Shown: positions 47,678-56,708 of the stretch, one piece after another
Layout: the number at the start of each line of letters is the position of its first letter
How positions within the stretch are numbered: the stretch's first letter is position 1
Virus record (IMG/VR): IMGVR_UViG_3300009709_000003
Coordinates: 1 to 64,000 of that record
Length of the DNA stretch: 64,000 bases
Origin: a virus
Strand: one strand, 5' to 3'
Position numbers and translations under genes: made by a program
The notes under the pieces: model-generated
What the model saw: the letters and a program-made list of their open reading frames with translations, nothing else
Database searches by the model: none
What the model was told of the DNA's origin: nothing

Positions 47678-48993
47678 TATTTCTTGTGCCCATACTTCAT
47701 TTGCTCAGTATCTTGATCTCTTGGGATAGAAAGGTCTTGCAAATCTTCACGTGCATCAATGTTGTCGGTCTTACCGTCGGTAGGCCAATCTATCAGAGCC
47801 ACTGCTTCTTTATCTGACCCTTCATCGTCGTCAACTTCTAGCAAGGACAGTTCTTTCACAAAAGCCTTCCAAGTCATCTCGTGATGACCACCATATTCAT
47901 TTGGTTGCCGACCAACCATGAAGGCGTTTATAGCTTCGCTCTCTGAGTTAAAGCCTAACATGACTTTATCTTCGTCGTATTCGCCTGTGTTTGCATGACA
48001 CTTATACATCACGTACACGTGGTTGGAATCATGATTGGGGCCAACGTAAACGTCCAACTCATCCCCGTCCGCACCGATATAACCAATGATCGAGCCATAG
48101 TCCGCACCCATCATCTTTTCTGTGCCGTCTGATGCAGGTTTAACCGACCATTGTGGATACTCAATGCGGACATTGAGTCCCTTAAACTTTATGTCGTGTC
48201 TTGGCTTATGATCCACAAGCGATCCAACGTCTTCCATTATTGGTAAACCTCTTTCTTCTATAGAGTCAGAGGTATTTAAAATTTTTTGCGCCTTTAGTTG
48301 TCGTCCCGACACTTCCAAGAAAGCGTTAGAACCCCATACAAGTTCGGCGTACGGATTTTTATAAGCCTTACTATTGGCTGTATATCCCACTCCCTCATTT
48401 CGCGTTTTATCTTTGCCCGGTTGTACGGGAGCATCTTTCTCAGCGTGGAGAGTAACATTGTAAGTGTCTCTGTTGACGTCTTCGTAGGCAGGATTCGGCT
48501 CACCAACACCATTAGTGTAAGGTGGCTGTACAGCAGGGAACTCCATAGTATCTTTAAAAGATTCTTCTTCATCGCTGTGGTTGTCGCCTAACTTCATGTC
48601 TGCGTCTTCAAACGCATTCTCATCCGTATAGGAGTCACTCCACATGCCGAATGTTGTTTCTTTTTGCTTGACTTTTTCGTTATGAAAGTCTGTTGTCAAG
48701 TCAGTAAGAGTCTCACCCATTTCCGCTTCTTTCTGAGCGTCTAGGCGAGTTCTGTTAAACAGCTGCATCTCTGGAAAATCATTATTTTTATTGGTGTCGT
48801 TGTAAACTTCTGGCTCAAGAGCAGCGGGTGCCAAATATGGAGCGTCGAGACCAGGCACGTCACCATCACTAGGCTCATCAACCACATTAACTGCGGCTTC
48901 AAGAGCGGCTATTCTTAGTAAATCAGCGACTTGAGCCAATACCTTTTGTCGGTCATGCTCTCTGTCCTGCCATGTCTTATATTTCTTACCCAT
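47677..48993 (-). CDS. Acidic protein with inorganic pyrophosphatase (InPase-type) domain
   Basis: GLNVRIEYP...M-x-ADYG-x-I-x-G-xx-GADGDELDVYVGP...YDEDKVMLGF at about 47850..48198. Confidence 0.75.
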   Translation of the reverse strand: MGKKYKTWQDREHDRQKVLAQVADLLRIAALEAAVNVVDEPSDGDVPGLDAPYLAPAALEPEVYNDTNKNNDFPEMQLFNRTRLDAQKEAEMGETLTDLTTDFHNEKVKQKETTFGMWSDSYTDENAFEDADMKLGDNHSDEEESFKDTMEFPAVQPPYTNGVGEPNPAYEDVNRDTYNVTLHAEKDAPVQPGKDKTRNEGVGYTANSKAYKNPYAELVWGSNAFLEVSGRQLKAQKILNTSDSIEERGLPIMEDVGSLVDHKPRHDIKFKGLNVRIEYPQWSVKPASDGTEKMMGADYGSIIGYIGADGDELDVYVGPNHDSNHVYVMYKCHANTGEYDEDKVMLGFNSESEAINAFMVGRQPNEYGGHHEMTWKAFVKELSLLEVDDDEGSDKEAVALIDWPTDGKTDNIDAREDLQDLSIPRDQDTEQMKYGHKK

Positions 48994-49010
48994 ACAAACT
49001 AATCAGGTAA

Positions 49011-52000
49011 CTACCACCTACGGGTGCCGCCTTTGCCGAGATTAAACGTATTGCGTGGGTGAAACACCCTACCTAACTGATTGCTAGTGTAGTTTTGAGC
49101 GCTCAACATTTCAGACTTCAGTCTTGATTCTTTCGAACGGGCTTTGGCACCTTGGGGTATGACTTGAGACTCTTGTACAAGCTTATGAACGTGTACAACA
49201 ACGCGCGCACAGTCATCGGAATTGTATCCACGCTTCTTACCTTTGTTAGCGTTGTAAATCTTAGATCCGTCCATAGATCTTTCAAGTTTAGAAATTTCGT
49301 AAAGCGCCACTGCTTGAGGTGACTTCATCGGTGGTTCAAGATCATCGTCATCTGGATTCTTTGGCAGCATACGAACTTTATTCATGTTCGTGTCGGCGAC
49401 AAATTTTACAAAATCATCTGCCTTAATAGTTTTCGTGTCTGCCTGCACACCCAAATTACGAATATGTTGAATCATACCAACAGACTGCCAATGGTCGAAT
49501 TCTACTTTGGCTATCTTTTGATATTTCAGCATTTCCTCAATAATTTGTTCGGCAGAATCGAACCAAACTTGTGTGGTAGAATTAGGCAGCACCCTCATTA
49601 TCCAGTCAAATACCGTTACAAAATCTGTGGTGCCATCGGGGTTCTGGACCAACTCCACATGAGCGGCTGCACCCGTAAAAGCGTCAAACATCTGTCCTGC
49701 ATCGAAAACTACGAACCGTGGAACGTCACGTCTAAATTCACAGGAAGTCATCATGGCCCGGAAATAAGGCGTTCCTATCTTATCCGTGAAAGGCATCGTA
49801 ACAATTTCTGCCGATGGCTTTAATTCTGGGTCGATAGCCTTTTCGTTAAATATATCAACATTAGTTATAAGAGGATTGGCTGCCAATGGAGGACGAGCAC
49901 CAAAATCTCGCATAGTACCAACGGGGTCGTTCTCCATAGCCTCTTTAAAATATTCTATTTTTTCGTTAGGATTCCACTCCCATGTCGCTTTATGGATAGC
50001 GTACATTGAGGGAGTGGTTTTAGCACGTTCTAGTAGCGTCATACCATAATCATCAACCGAAATGGGTGATGATATGGTCATGTTCAAACCCAACCACGAT
50101 ATCAACTTATGGTTCTTTACTGCAGATCGCACAGTACGCAAAGAGTTATCCATAACACGAAAAGCTTCTTCAGCTCCCAGAGATGCACCTTCTGACTGTT
50201 GAAATCGACATAATTCGTCGATCATGGCGGCAATACGAGTTCGTCCTGCAAGACCGGCAGAATTGGAGTTCTTAGAGTTCAATTTCAAGTTGAAATAATC
50301 GTTACGTATTTCTTTACCAGTCTCTAAGTATTTCCATTTCTCCATACCAGGTTTATGTTCTTGAATCGCTTCCTGTTCTTTTATCCAACCTACATATCTT
50401 TTGAACCAAGGTGATGCGTCTCGCAGATTTCTATATATTGTCCAAATTGTATCCGCCGACTGCGTTTCAGACGACGCGATAAATGTCATCTCAAACGCGC
50501 CTTCAGGGAGCAGTCCAAAATAATCTGCCAGATTTCTAGAAGGTTGACGTAAAGCGATGTTTACCAGACGATGCTCTATATAATTACCTATTTGAGCAGC
50601 TGTAACGGTCTTTCCAGAATTATGGTTTACAATCGACCCGGCCATAAAAGAATGAGTTCCAGGCACATGTAGATCAAACAGGTTTTGTGTTGTACCCATT
50701 TCAATCTTTTTGATTTTTAAAAATTCGAAGTTGTCGTCTGTCTTAGTGTATTTCCCAGTGCTAAGTACTTTATCAACACATGCCGCAAGTGCCGATTTTT
50801 TACGCGCGGAATTAAACCCAATAAGTTTGCTAAATCTAAGTATATTCTCCCCATAAATGCGGATCGAATATGAGTTGTGTGCAAACTTTTCTTGCGATCT
50901 AAACTTTCTCGACTTTGTCTTACTAATACTAGCCTTTACACCAAGTGCCCAAAGTAGCTGTTGTAGATCTTGTGCTAAAGATAGAGAGACCGTGTATGCT
51001 GCTACAGCTGCTTTATTAAAGCCACTTTTCTCTATAGCTGCGGTACCATCACCCTCAAAATACGACCTGAGATATGCCGTCACGTATTCTTTATTGAGCA
51101 TCCAAATACTTTGTGGAACTCTTTTCACATGGGCATTATGTCGCTCTAGTCCAAGTCCGTTTAACAATTCTCGTATGCCAATACCATTCAAATCGACAGT
51201 GATACCATCATCAGTGTAAGATACAGGCACTTTACCAAACACTCGCGCACATGTATCACTAAAGTGCTGAAGTGTTTCTTCATCACCATTTGTAAATCTT
51301 ATGCCGTATTCTCTATCGCATTGTCCTTCTGATGTAAAATACCCCAAAAGTGTGGCCAAATCTTCGGACCATATTTTTGGAATCACATATTTTGATTCAT
51401 AGTTCATCCTGCTTTCGCACGTTTTAACTAGTTCCGCGTTTATAGGCGTGTCTTTTGCTATGCTTGGCCAGTAGTTTGCCGTGCATTTTATCTTATCTCC
51501 TATTGTTAATTCATTTAGTTTATACCACCCAAATTTACCGGCTTTAATGGCCTGTACAGGGTGAATGTGACTACCTTCAACAGTAAGTCCTTTTACCAAT
51601 GTGATCTTTAAAGTGTCTGCCGTGCCAGCACAATATACATCGGATGCCAATTCATATCCATGTTCACCTAGCACACACTCATTGATTGATTGAAAAGTAT
51701 CCTTGTGTAAATCGCCCTTCCATAAGTCTTTTATTCTGACAAGACCATTATTTGTAACCACTCTAGTATCACCTGGTACGCATCGCATCCCCACTATTGC
51801 ATGCAGATGATTATACTCATGAATCAATTTATCTTGTACAAGTTCTGCTCTGGTTGTCGAGCATTTGGGGCATACATCATCATTGTATGTATTTGACCAT
51901 ACCAACAGTACCTCGGATTGTAGAGTTTCTTTACTTTTACCCCAAGCGTCCGTTGCTTCGGGTTTCATAGAATTACAAATTGGGCAATAAAGCCCAAAGA

Positions 52001-52232
52001 AGTCTCTGAGTACCTGGTATTGCCTGTTGAAATTAAACAGGGTCTTAATGTTCAAAAAAGACGGAGAAGAAACAAATTCAATAACATTTGGTGCAGGCTG
52101 CTGCAGAAAAGTTAACTCTTCTTCGTTTGCAACTTTAGCTTGCTCCTTGTTTTCTACCAATCCTTCAACGATTGTTGATATGGATGACATGAAGTTATTG
52201 TCATCGGTAGTTTTAGGAGGTTTACGTTTCAT
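49011..52232 (-). CDS. terL: Terminase large subunit (intein-containing)
   Basis: Spliced Walker A GMR|SGKT, Walker B AAMIDE, ISSP coupling motif, nuclease FDAG...FDHWQS...SDD. Confidence 0.9.
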   Translation of the reverse strand: MKRKPPKTTDDNNFMSSISTIVEGLVENKEQAKVANEEELTFLQQPAPNVIEFVSSPSFLNIKTLFNFNRQYQVLRDFFGLYCPICNSMKPEATDAWGKSKETLQSEVLLVWSNTYNDDVCPKCSTTRAELVQDKLIHEYNHLHAIVGMRCVPGDTRVVTNNGLVRIKDLWKGDLHKDTFQSINECVLGEHGYELASDVYCAGTADTLKITLVKGLTVEGSHIHPVQAIKAGKFGWYKLNELTIGDKIKCTANYWPSIAKDTPINAELVKTCESRMNYESKYVIPKIWSEDLATLLGYFTSEGQCDREYGIRFTNGDEETLQHFSDTCARVFGKVPVSYTDDGITVDLNGIGIRELLNGLGLERHNAHVKRVPQSIWMLNKEYVTAYLRSYFEGDGTAAIEKSGFNKAAVAAYTVSLSLAQDLQQLLWALGVKASISKTKSRKFRSQEKFAHNSYSIRIYGENILRFSKLIGFNSARKKSALAACVDKVLSTGKYTKTDDNFEFLKIKKIEMGTTQNLFDLHVPGTHSFMAGSIVNHNSGKTVTAAQIGNYIEHRLVNIALRQPSRNLADYFGLLPEGAFEMTFIASSETQSADTIWTIYRNLRDASPWFKRYVGWIKEQEAIQEHKPGMEKWKYLETGKEIRNDYFNLKLNSKNSNSAGLAGRTRIAAMIDELCRFQQSEGASLGAEEAFRVMDNSLRTVRSAVKNHKLISWLGLNMTISSPISVDDYGMTLLERAKTTPSMYAIHKATWEWNPNEKIEYFKEAMENDPVGTMRDFGARPPLAANPLITNVDIFNEKAIDPELKPSAEIVTMPFTDKIGTPYFRAMMTSCEFRRDVPRFVVFDAGQMFDAFTGAAAHVELVQNPDGTTDFVTVFDWIMRVLPNSTTQVWFDSAEQIIEEMLKYQKIAKVEFDHWQSVGMIQHIRNLGVQADTKTIKADDFVKFVADTNMNKVRMLPKNPDDDDLEPPMKSPQAVALYEISKLERSMDGSKIYNANKGKKRGYNSDDCARVVVHVHKLVQESQVIPQGAKARSKESRLKSEMLSAQNYTSNQLGRVFHPRNTFNLGKGGTRRW
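50619..51782 (-). mobile_element. Intein (388 aa) with LAGLIDADG endonuclease
   Basis: Starts CVPGDT, ends VNHN followed by Ser; LLGYFTSEG and YLRSYFEGDG blocks. Confidence 0.92.
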
Positions 52233-52567
52233 GGCTTTTTGGTTGGCATCTGGCTGGTCAAAACCAAACCAGCTTGAGCGGCCCTAAGACGTTGAACAGC
52301 ACTCTGGTAAGACTGCACCATAGATGCGGGAACTGTATCTACTACTGAGGCCCAACGAACGTGAATGGTATCACATGGAAAACTGTGTACAGGTGCCAAT
52401 TGAAGCGTCACAGACCCATTGTTTTCCACACGCTCTAAAAGCATAAATGGATTTGAGAGTTTAATGACTTCGGGAAGGCCAAGATCGAAAGCTTCCCCAA
52501 TCAACTGACGACCGGCAATATCAACAACCAAGAAAACTTTTGTCTGCGCGGAATATCCTTCGAGCAT
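52229..52567 (-). CDS. Small Sm-like fold protein
   Basis: GRQLIGE...LSNP...LAP...Y...GLVL pattern of phage Sm-like proteins. Confidence 0.45.
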   Translation of the reverse strand: MLEGYSAQTKVFLVVDIAGRQLIGEAFDLGLPEVIKLSNPFMLLERVENNGSVTLQLAPVHSFPCDTIHVRWASVVDTVPASMVQSYQSAVQRLRAAQAGLVLTSQMPTKKP

Positions 52568-52584
52568 TCAACTATCCAACTTTC

Positions 52585-53877
52585 TTATTCATCATCCACA
52601 AGGTGTGAAAATTGTGGGTATAATCTATGAATGGTATCGCAAATATCTATTTTACCGTATCCTGCAGCTTTCAACGCCTTAATCTCGTGGATTACTTGCT
52701 CTTCTTGCACTGCAGCCGATTTCAAAAAATTAGCAGGAATTACTGCAGCAAGACCCAAATCTTGAAATTCAACAAAGATCTGCGTGCCGTCGCCATGCAT
52801 ATCACGAACAACTTCACCGGTCTCTCCTTTAGGAAGAACCAAGAAAGTGCCACCACGTTCGCGCACTTCGCAATCGCTAGACAACTTGACTTCGTCACCA
52901 GTATGAAACCACTTACTTTGATCACGTTCCATGGTGTCGAGCATGCTGTCTGGCATAGTGTTTTGACTGGGGTCCGTAAAGGCTACTGCCTCGTCTATAT
53001 TGACGCGCTTACGAGTTTCTTTCTTGTCCTTGATCATTTGCGACTGTTTTGTGTTCCACAAAAGAGGCCGACCTAAAACATGTTTTTCAGGTGCTTGTTT
53101 ACCTGGTTGTGGACCAACCGGCGCTTGCGGTGGTGCATATTGATGCACATTTTGTGTTGGCTCAGCAGGTTTAGCGGGGGTTGGTTTCTCAGGCGTTTTT
53201 TCCTTCGCAAAATCGTGCCAATACATAGGACGACGACGAGTATTACCCATAGAAGAAGGAGCTACGAATCCAGCAGCCTCTTTAGAATATTGACGATGAA
53301 AAGTAAGAGGATTACGCGCACCAGGACTAAACATGTGCTCCAAATTAGTGATGGGACGACGAGTCTCTTCACGTTGCTCCCCAAAAGGAGGAGTGAACAT
53401 GCGATAGTTCTTAACGTTCTTCTGCAAGGTGCCGTTCTTGACCACAAGGTCTAGCGACGTCTGACAAGTTACATAAGGAGAACCGTTCCAGAAAAATAGA
53501 GCAGGTTCAAGAGTTCCACCTTTACGGATGTTAATAGGAAATTCGATTTCCGTTTTATTACCCATAACCGTTCGAATGGTTGCGCCAATGCGAACAATAC
53601 CCTCTTGTACTTTGCCGTCCGAAGTGGCGGTCTTGACAAGACCCAAAAAAGCCAATTTTGGTTTGCCTGGCAGGTTAAATTGGGCTAGGTGTGCAGCTAC
53701 TTCAGCCATAGCTCTTTGTTGAACAGTCATGCCTGTCGTAACTTTGGTGTTGTCGGACAGATCAAAGCGAATGGCTGCGGTTCGGCTCGATCCCTCAGAT
53801 AGTACATCTCGAATAGCGTCACGTGACGGTTTTTGGGACGCACTGGCAGCTTTAAATTTCTTGTAGGTTTCGCTCAT
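52585..53877 (-). CDS. Putative head-internal mosaic protein with an SH3-like module
   Basis: Segments separated by RTA/KEA/KQS/KSA; FHTGDEV...GETGEVV...VEF. Confidence 0.5.
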   Translation of the reverse strand: MSETYKKFKAASASQKPSRDAIRDVLSEGSSRTAAIRFDLSDNTKVTTGMTVQQRAMAEVAAHLAQFNLPGKPKLAFLGLVKTATSDGKVQEGIVRIGATIRTVMGNKTEIEFPINIRKGGTLEPALFFWNGSPYVTCQTSLDLVVKNGTLQKNVKNYRMFTPPFGEQREETRRPITNLEHMFSPGARNPLTFHRQYSKEAAGFVAPSSMGNTRRRPMYWHDFAKEKTPEKPTPAKPAEPTQNVHQYAPPQAPVGPQPGKQAPEKHVLGRPLLWNTKQSQMIKDKKETRKRVNIDEAVAFTDPSQNTMPDSMLDTMERDQSKWFHTGDEVKLSSDCEVRERGGTFLVLPKGETGEVVRDMHGDGTQIFVEFQDLGLAAVIPANFLKSAAVQEEQVIHEIKALKAAGYGKIDICDTIHRLYPQFSHLVDDE

Positions 53878-53889
53878 GGCTACTATTCC

Positions 53890-55611
53890 TTAGCGGTAAA
53901 CAAATAGTTCTGAGTCTAACAACTCAGCGTTAGCTACTCGTCCTGTACTTACCAATAGGTCAGATAATTCTTGTTTAAACTTGGTCGTGAACATAACTTC
54001 ACGTAGAGGCTCTTCGTCTGCTTCTTCGAACCCTAAAGAATCTATCCAATTTGAAATTAGATCGTTAGATACAATGGCTTCAGATAGGGTGTTGTCCCCA
54101 TTCGATGGGTCGGACCACTCCGGTGGGTATTTATCAAATAGGGTCAAAGTAGATTGCAGTGTTTTGGCGGTATCAATTTCGGCTGTTTTCTGCCCAGCCC
54201 TCACGGCTGGGCCTTCATACTCGTCATAAGTATTTATATCGTACCCATAAGTTAGGTGGGCATTTTCTGGGTCCCAACCCATAGCCTGACCGCCTGGATT
54301 CAAGCCGCCACCAGCCGCGAGATCTGTATTATCTTCACCTTCCGCAGTGCCGGCATCTGGGAGATCATGGCTTTTAAAGCGCTCAAGGGGGTTTCTCTTG
54401 TCTATTTCACCAGGCTGCATCTTGTCGGTTTGGGGCTTAACTTTCCAGTTTTCTTGGGCCATTCGGTGGCCTTCCAGACTAGATTGTTTGTTATGTGCCC
54501 AGTCTGGATCTTTAATAAACTCTGGCTCTTCATTAAAGTGCTCGTTCAGCCCCTCTTTATCGGCCTCGGTGATAGTGCGCAACAAGTCATACGAGTTGCT
54601 ACCAGCTTCTTTATCCTCTTCTGCTGTTACGGGGGCTCTAGCGTCCAATCCGCCATCTTGGGTATGAATAAGTCGTTCAATCTCGTTTAAAGCTTCACGG
54701 TGCTGAATCGCAAATTTATGGTGTGGCAGCCAAGACATACCAGAAGCAGACCGCACTAGCCAAAGTGCCATCGAAGGAACAAACCCGAATTCATGTTGTC
54801 CATTTGTAAAAATTGTCATATCTGGGAGTTCAGACAGACTAGTATCATAAGTTGAAGCACGTTTGTTAGTACCAGGCACACTAACCGTGTCACCTATTTT
54901 AATCCTATGACTGGCACACCAACCACCAGCAACTTCGATAACATCCGTGCAGGCTGCTTGCCAAGACCCTGGAGCACGAGGTTTAATATTGGCAACAATT
55001 TTAACTACTTTACCGCGATCCGCAAATACGATGTCGATTGGGAACTTGACTTGCCCCATATGGAAAGATGCAACGCGTCTATCATGTTGGGGGAACCAAA
55101 GTCCAAACCCATCTCCGATGGAATCGTAGGCTTGTAAACCTGATGCTTGTTGTTTTGGTGTAGCCGCTACATCACATACCACTTTGTGACCACCAATAGT
55201 GATCTCGGCATTAGCGTGTTCAGATCGCACCCAATGTGAAGCAGACAATTTAAAATATGGCTTCTTGTTAGGTTGTGTGGTCTGGTTTTTGACCTTCCCG
55301 AGTTGAGTGGACAAACCGGGCATTTGTTGCTCGATTTTATTTTTAACATCCAACATTTGGTCAGGTTTCGGTTGACGGACTTTTTTGGGTTTTGTCAGTT
55401 GTGTGTTTGATTGTTGGCTGGTTCTACGATGCGACTCCCCATAATTCATGCCATCCGGTGTAGCGGCCACTGTCATGCCTATTTGCTTCTTATCGTCGGA
55501 TTTAGTGATGCGAACCAGCATGGATTTAAAACCATTTTGCTCCACATGCTTTACGACGGTACCCTCTCTACCGTCTCCTAACTTTACGTGCTCACCAACT
55601 CCGTACGACAT
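53890..55611 (-). CDS. Putative head-internal mosaic protein with a DUF192 domain
   Basis: DVAATP-xx-Q-xx-GL...GLWF...FHM-xx-VKFPIDIVF...VIEV-x-GG...IKIGD at about 54880..55210. Confidence 0.65.
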   Translation of the reverse strand: MSYGVGEHVKLGDGREGTVVKHVEQNGFKSMLVRITKSDDKKQIGMTVAATPDGMNYGESHRRTSQQSNTQLTKPKKVRQPKPDQMLDVKNKIEQQMPGLSTQLGKVKNQTTQPNKKPYFKLSASHWVRSEHANAEITIGGHKVVCDVAATPKQQASGLQAYDSIGDGFGLWFPQHDRRVASFHMGQVKFPIDIVFADRGKVVKIVANIKPRAPGSWQAACTDVIEVAGGWCASHRIKIGDTVSVPGTNKRASTYDTSLSELPDMTIFTNGQHEFGFVPSMALWLVRSASGMSWLPHHKFAIQHREALNEIERLIHTQDGGLDARAPVTAEEDKEAGSNSYDLLRTITEADKEGLNEHFNEEPEFIKDPDWAHNKQSSLEGHRMAQENWKVKPQTDKMQPGEIDKRNPLERFKSHDLPDAGTAEGEDNTDLAAGGGLNPGGQAMGWDPENAHLTYGYDINTYDEYEGPAVRAGQKTAEIDTAKTLQSTLTLFDKYPPEWSDPSNGDNTLSEAIVSNDLISNWIDSLGFEEADEEPLREVMFTTKFKQELSDLLVSTGRVANAELLDSELFVYR

Positions 55612-55621
55612 AGCTTATTCC

Positions 55622-56410
55622 TTAGTTCAAGGGCGCGATGAACTTAAACTCATCGCTTGTTTTCTTCATGGCGTTCTTGGCTTCACCTAATATGATGTCA
55701 ACCATACGCTGTTTAGTCATATGGTCATAATTATCCACAATGGTTTGTGGCACCCCAGCTCGCTGCAACTGAGAACGAAAATTCATATACTCGGATGACA
55801 ACTTGTTAACCATTTCAGTGGTAAACACTTCTATGATATATTTAGTTGCCGCCAAAATCATCTGCTCAGAGGAACGCAGTTTACTGAGGTCAACAATTAT
55901 ACTTCGTAGAGTATTTGCAGCCTGTAAAAAAGTTTGCATTTTTTGTGGGCTCCAAGGAATAGGTTGCCCAGTAAATTCATCCTTTGTCTCCACAAAGGAA
56001 TTATCAATGATGGCCTTACTTCTACCGTAAAGATCCCACAGTTCGGTAAGGTCAGATTTTTCAGAAGTGTCCAAAGGAGAATTTAGTATGGATTTATTTG
56101 GGATTTTTGTTAGAGTTGGATTAGAAGCTAAAGCAGCTTTACGCGCTTGTTGAATAAGCGCAATTTTGTCATTCTCTTCAGGAGACATGTGATTTTTAAA
56201 ATGATGCCAAATAGTTTTAGCTCTAGGCGGTTTGACATCTGGATGTGATTGTGCCAGCATGTTGGCTAACAGCGCAGCTGCACCGCGATACGTTTCGCCT
56301 TGCATAATTAAGCCATACACCAAACCATACAATTTTGGGTTCTTATCCGCCCACTTGCACATACGGCAACGAGCACTGTGCGGGTCTGTATCATTCGGCG
56401 TGCTTGTCAT
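55622..56410 (-). CDS. Probable terminase small subunit (Zn finger + HTH)
   Basis: RCRMC...G-x-TY...IWHHFKNH followed by a helical region; upstream of terL. Confidence 0.4.
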   Translation of the reverse strand: MTSTPNDTDPHSARCRMCKWADKNPKLYGLVYGLIMQGETYRGAAALLANMLAQSHPDVKPPRAKTIWHHFKNHMSPEENDKIALIQQARKAALASNPTLTKIPNKSILNSPLDTSEKSDLTELWDLYGRSKAIIDNSFVETKDEFTGQPIPWSPQKMQTFLQAANTLRSIIVDLSKLRSSEQMILAATKYIIEVFTTEMVNKLSSEYMNFRSQLQRAGVPQTIVDNYDHMTKQRMVDIILGEAKNAMKKTSDEFKFIAPLN

Positions 56411-56705
56411 ATATCATCCTGATTAGTTTATCTAAATGTATAGTATTACCCGCATTATCAATGGCTCTAAGGGCGATACGGCCAGTGCGCATATATGTCA
56501 TTATGTCTTTGTTGCGATTTAATGTACGATATGCGTCTTCAATGGATTTAAAATGATGTAATACATCATACACTGTGCCACGTTTTAAACAAATGGCAAA
56601 AAGTGGTCCAGGTCTTTGTAGAAAACTGAAAATTGGATTGCGGTATGGACTATCAACCGTGATATTCAAGTCCATAGTGGACTGGTTGACAATACAATAC
56701 CGCAT
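56391..56705 (-). CDS. Hypothetical protein
   Basis: 104-aa ORF with tight packing. Confidence 0.5.
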   Translation of the reverse strand: MRYCIVNQSTMDLNITVDSPYRNPIFSFLQRPGPLFAICLKRGTVYDVLHHFKSIEDAYRTLNRNKDIMTYMRTGRIALRAIDNAGNTIHLDKLIRMIYDKHAE

Positions 56706-56708
56706 ACA

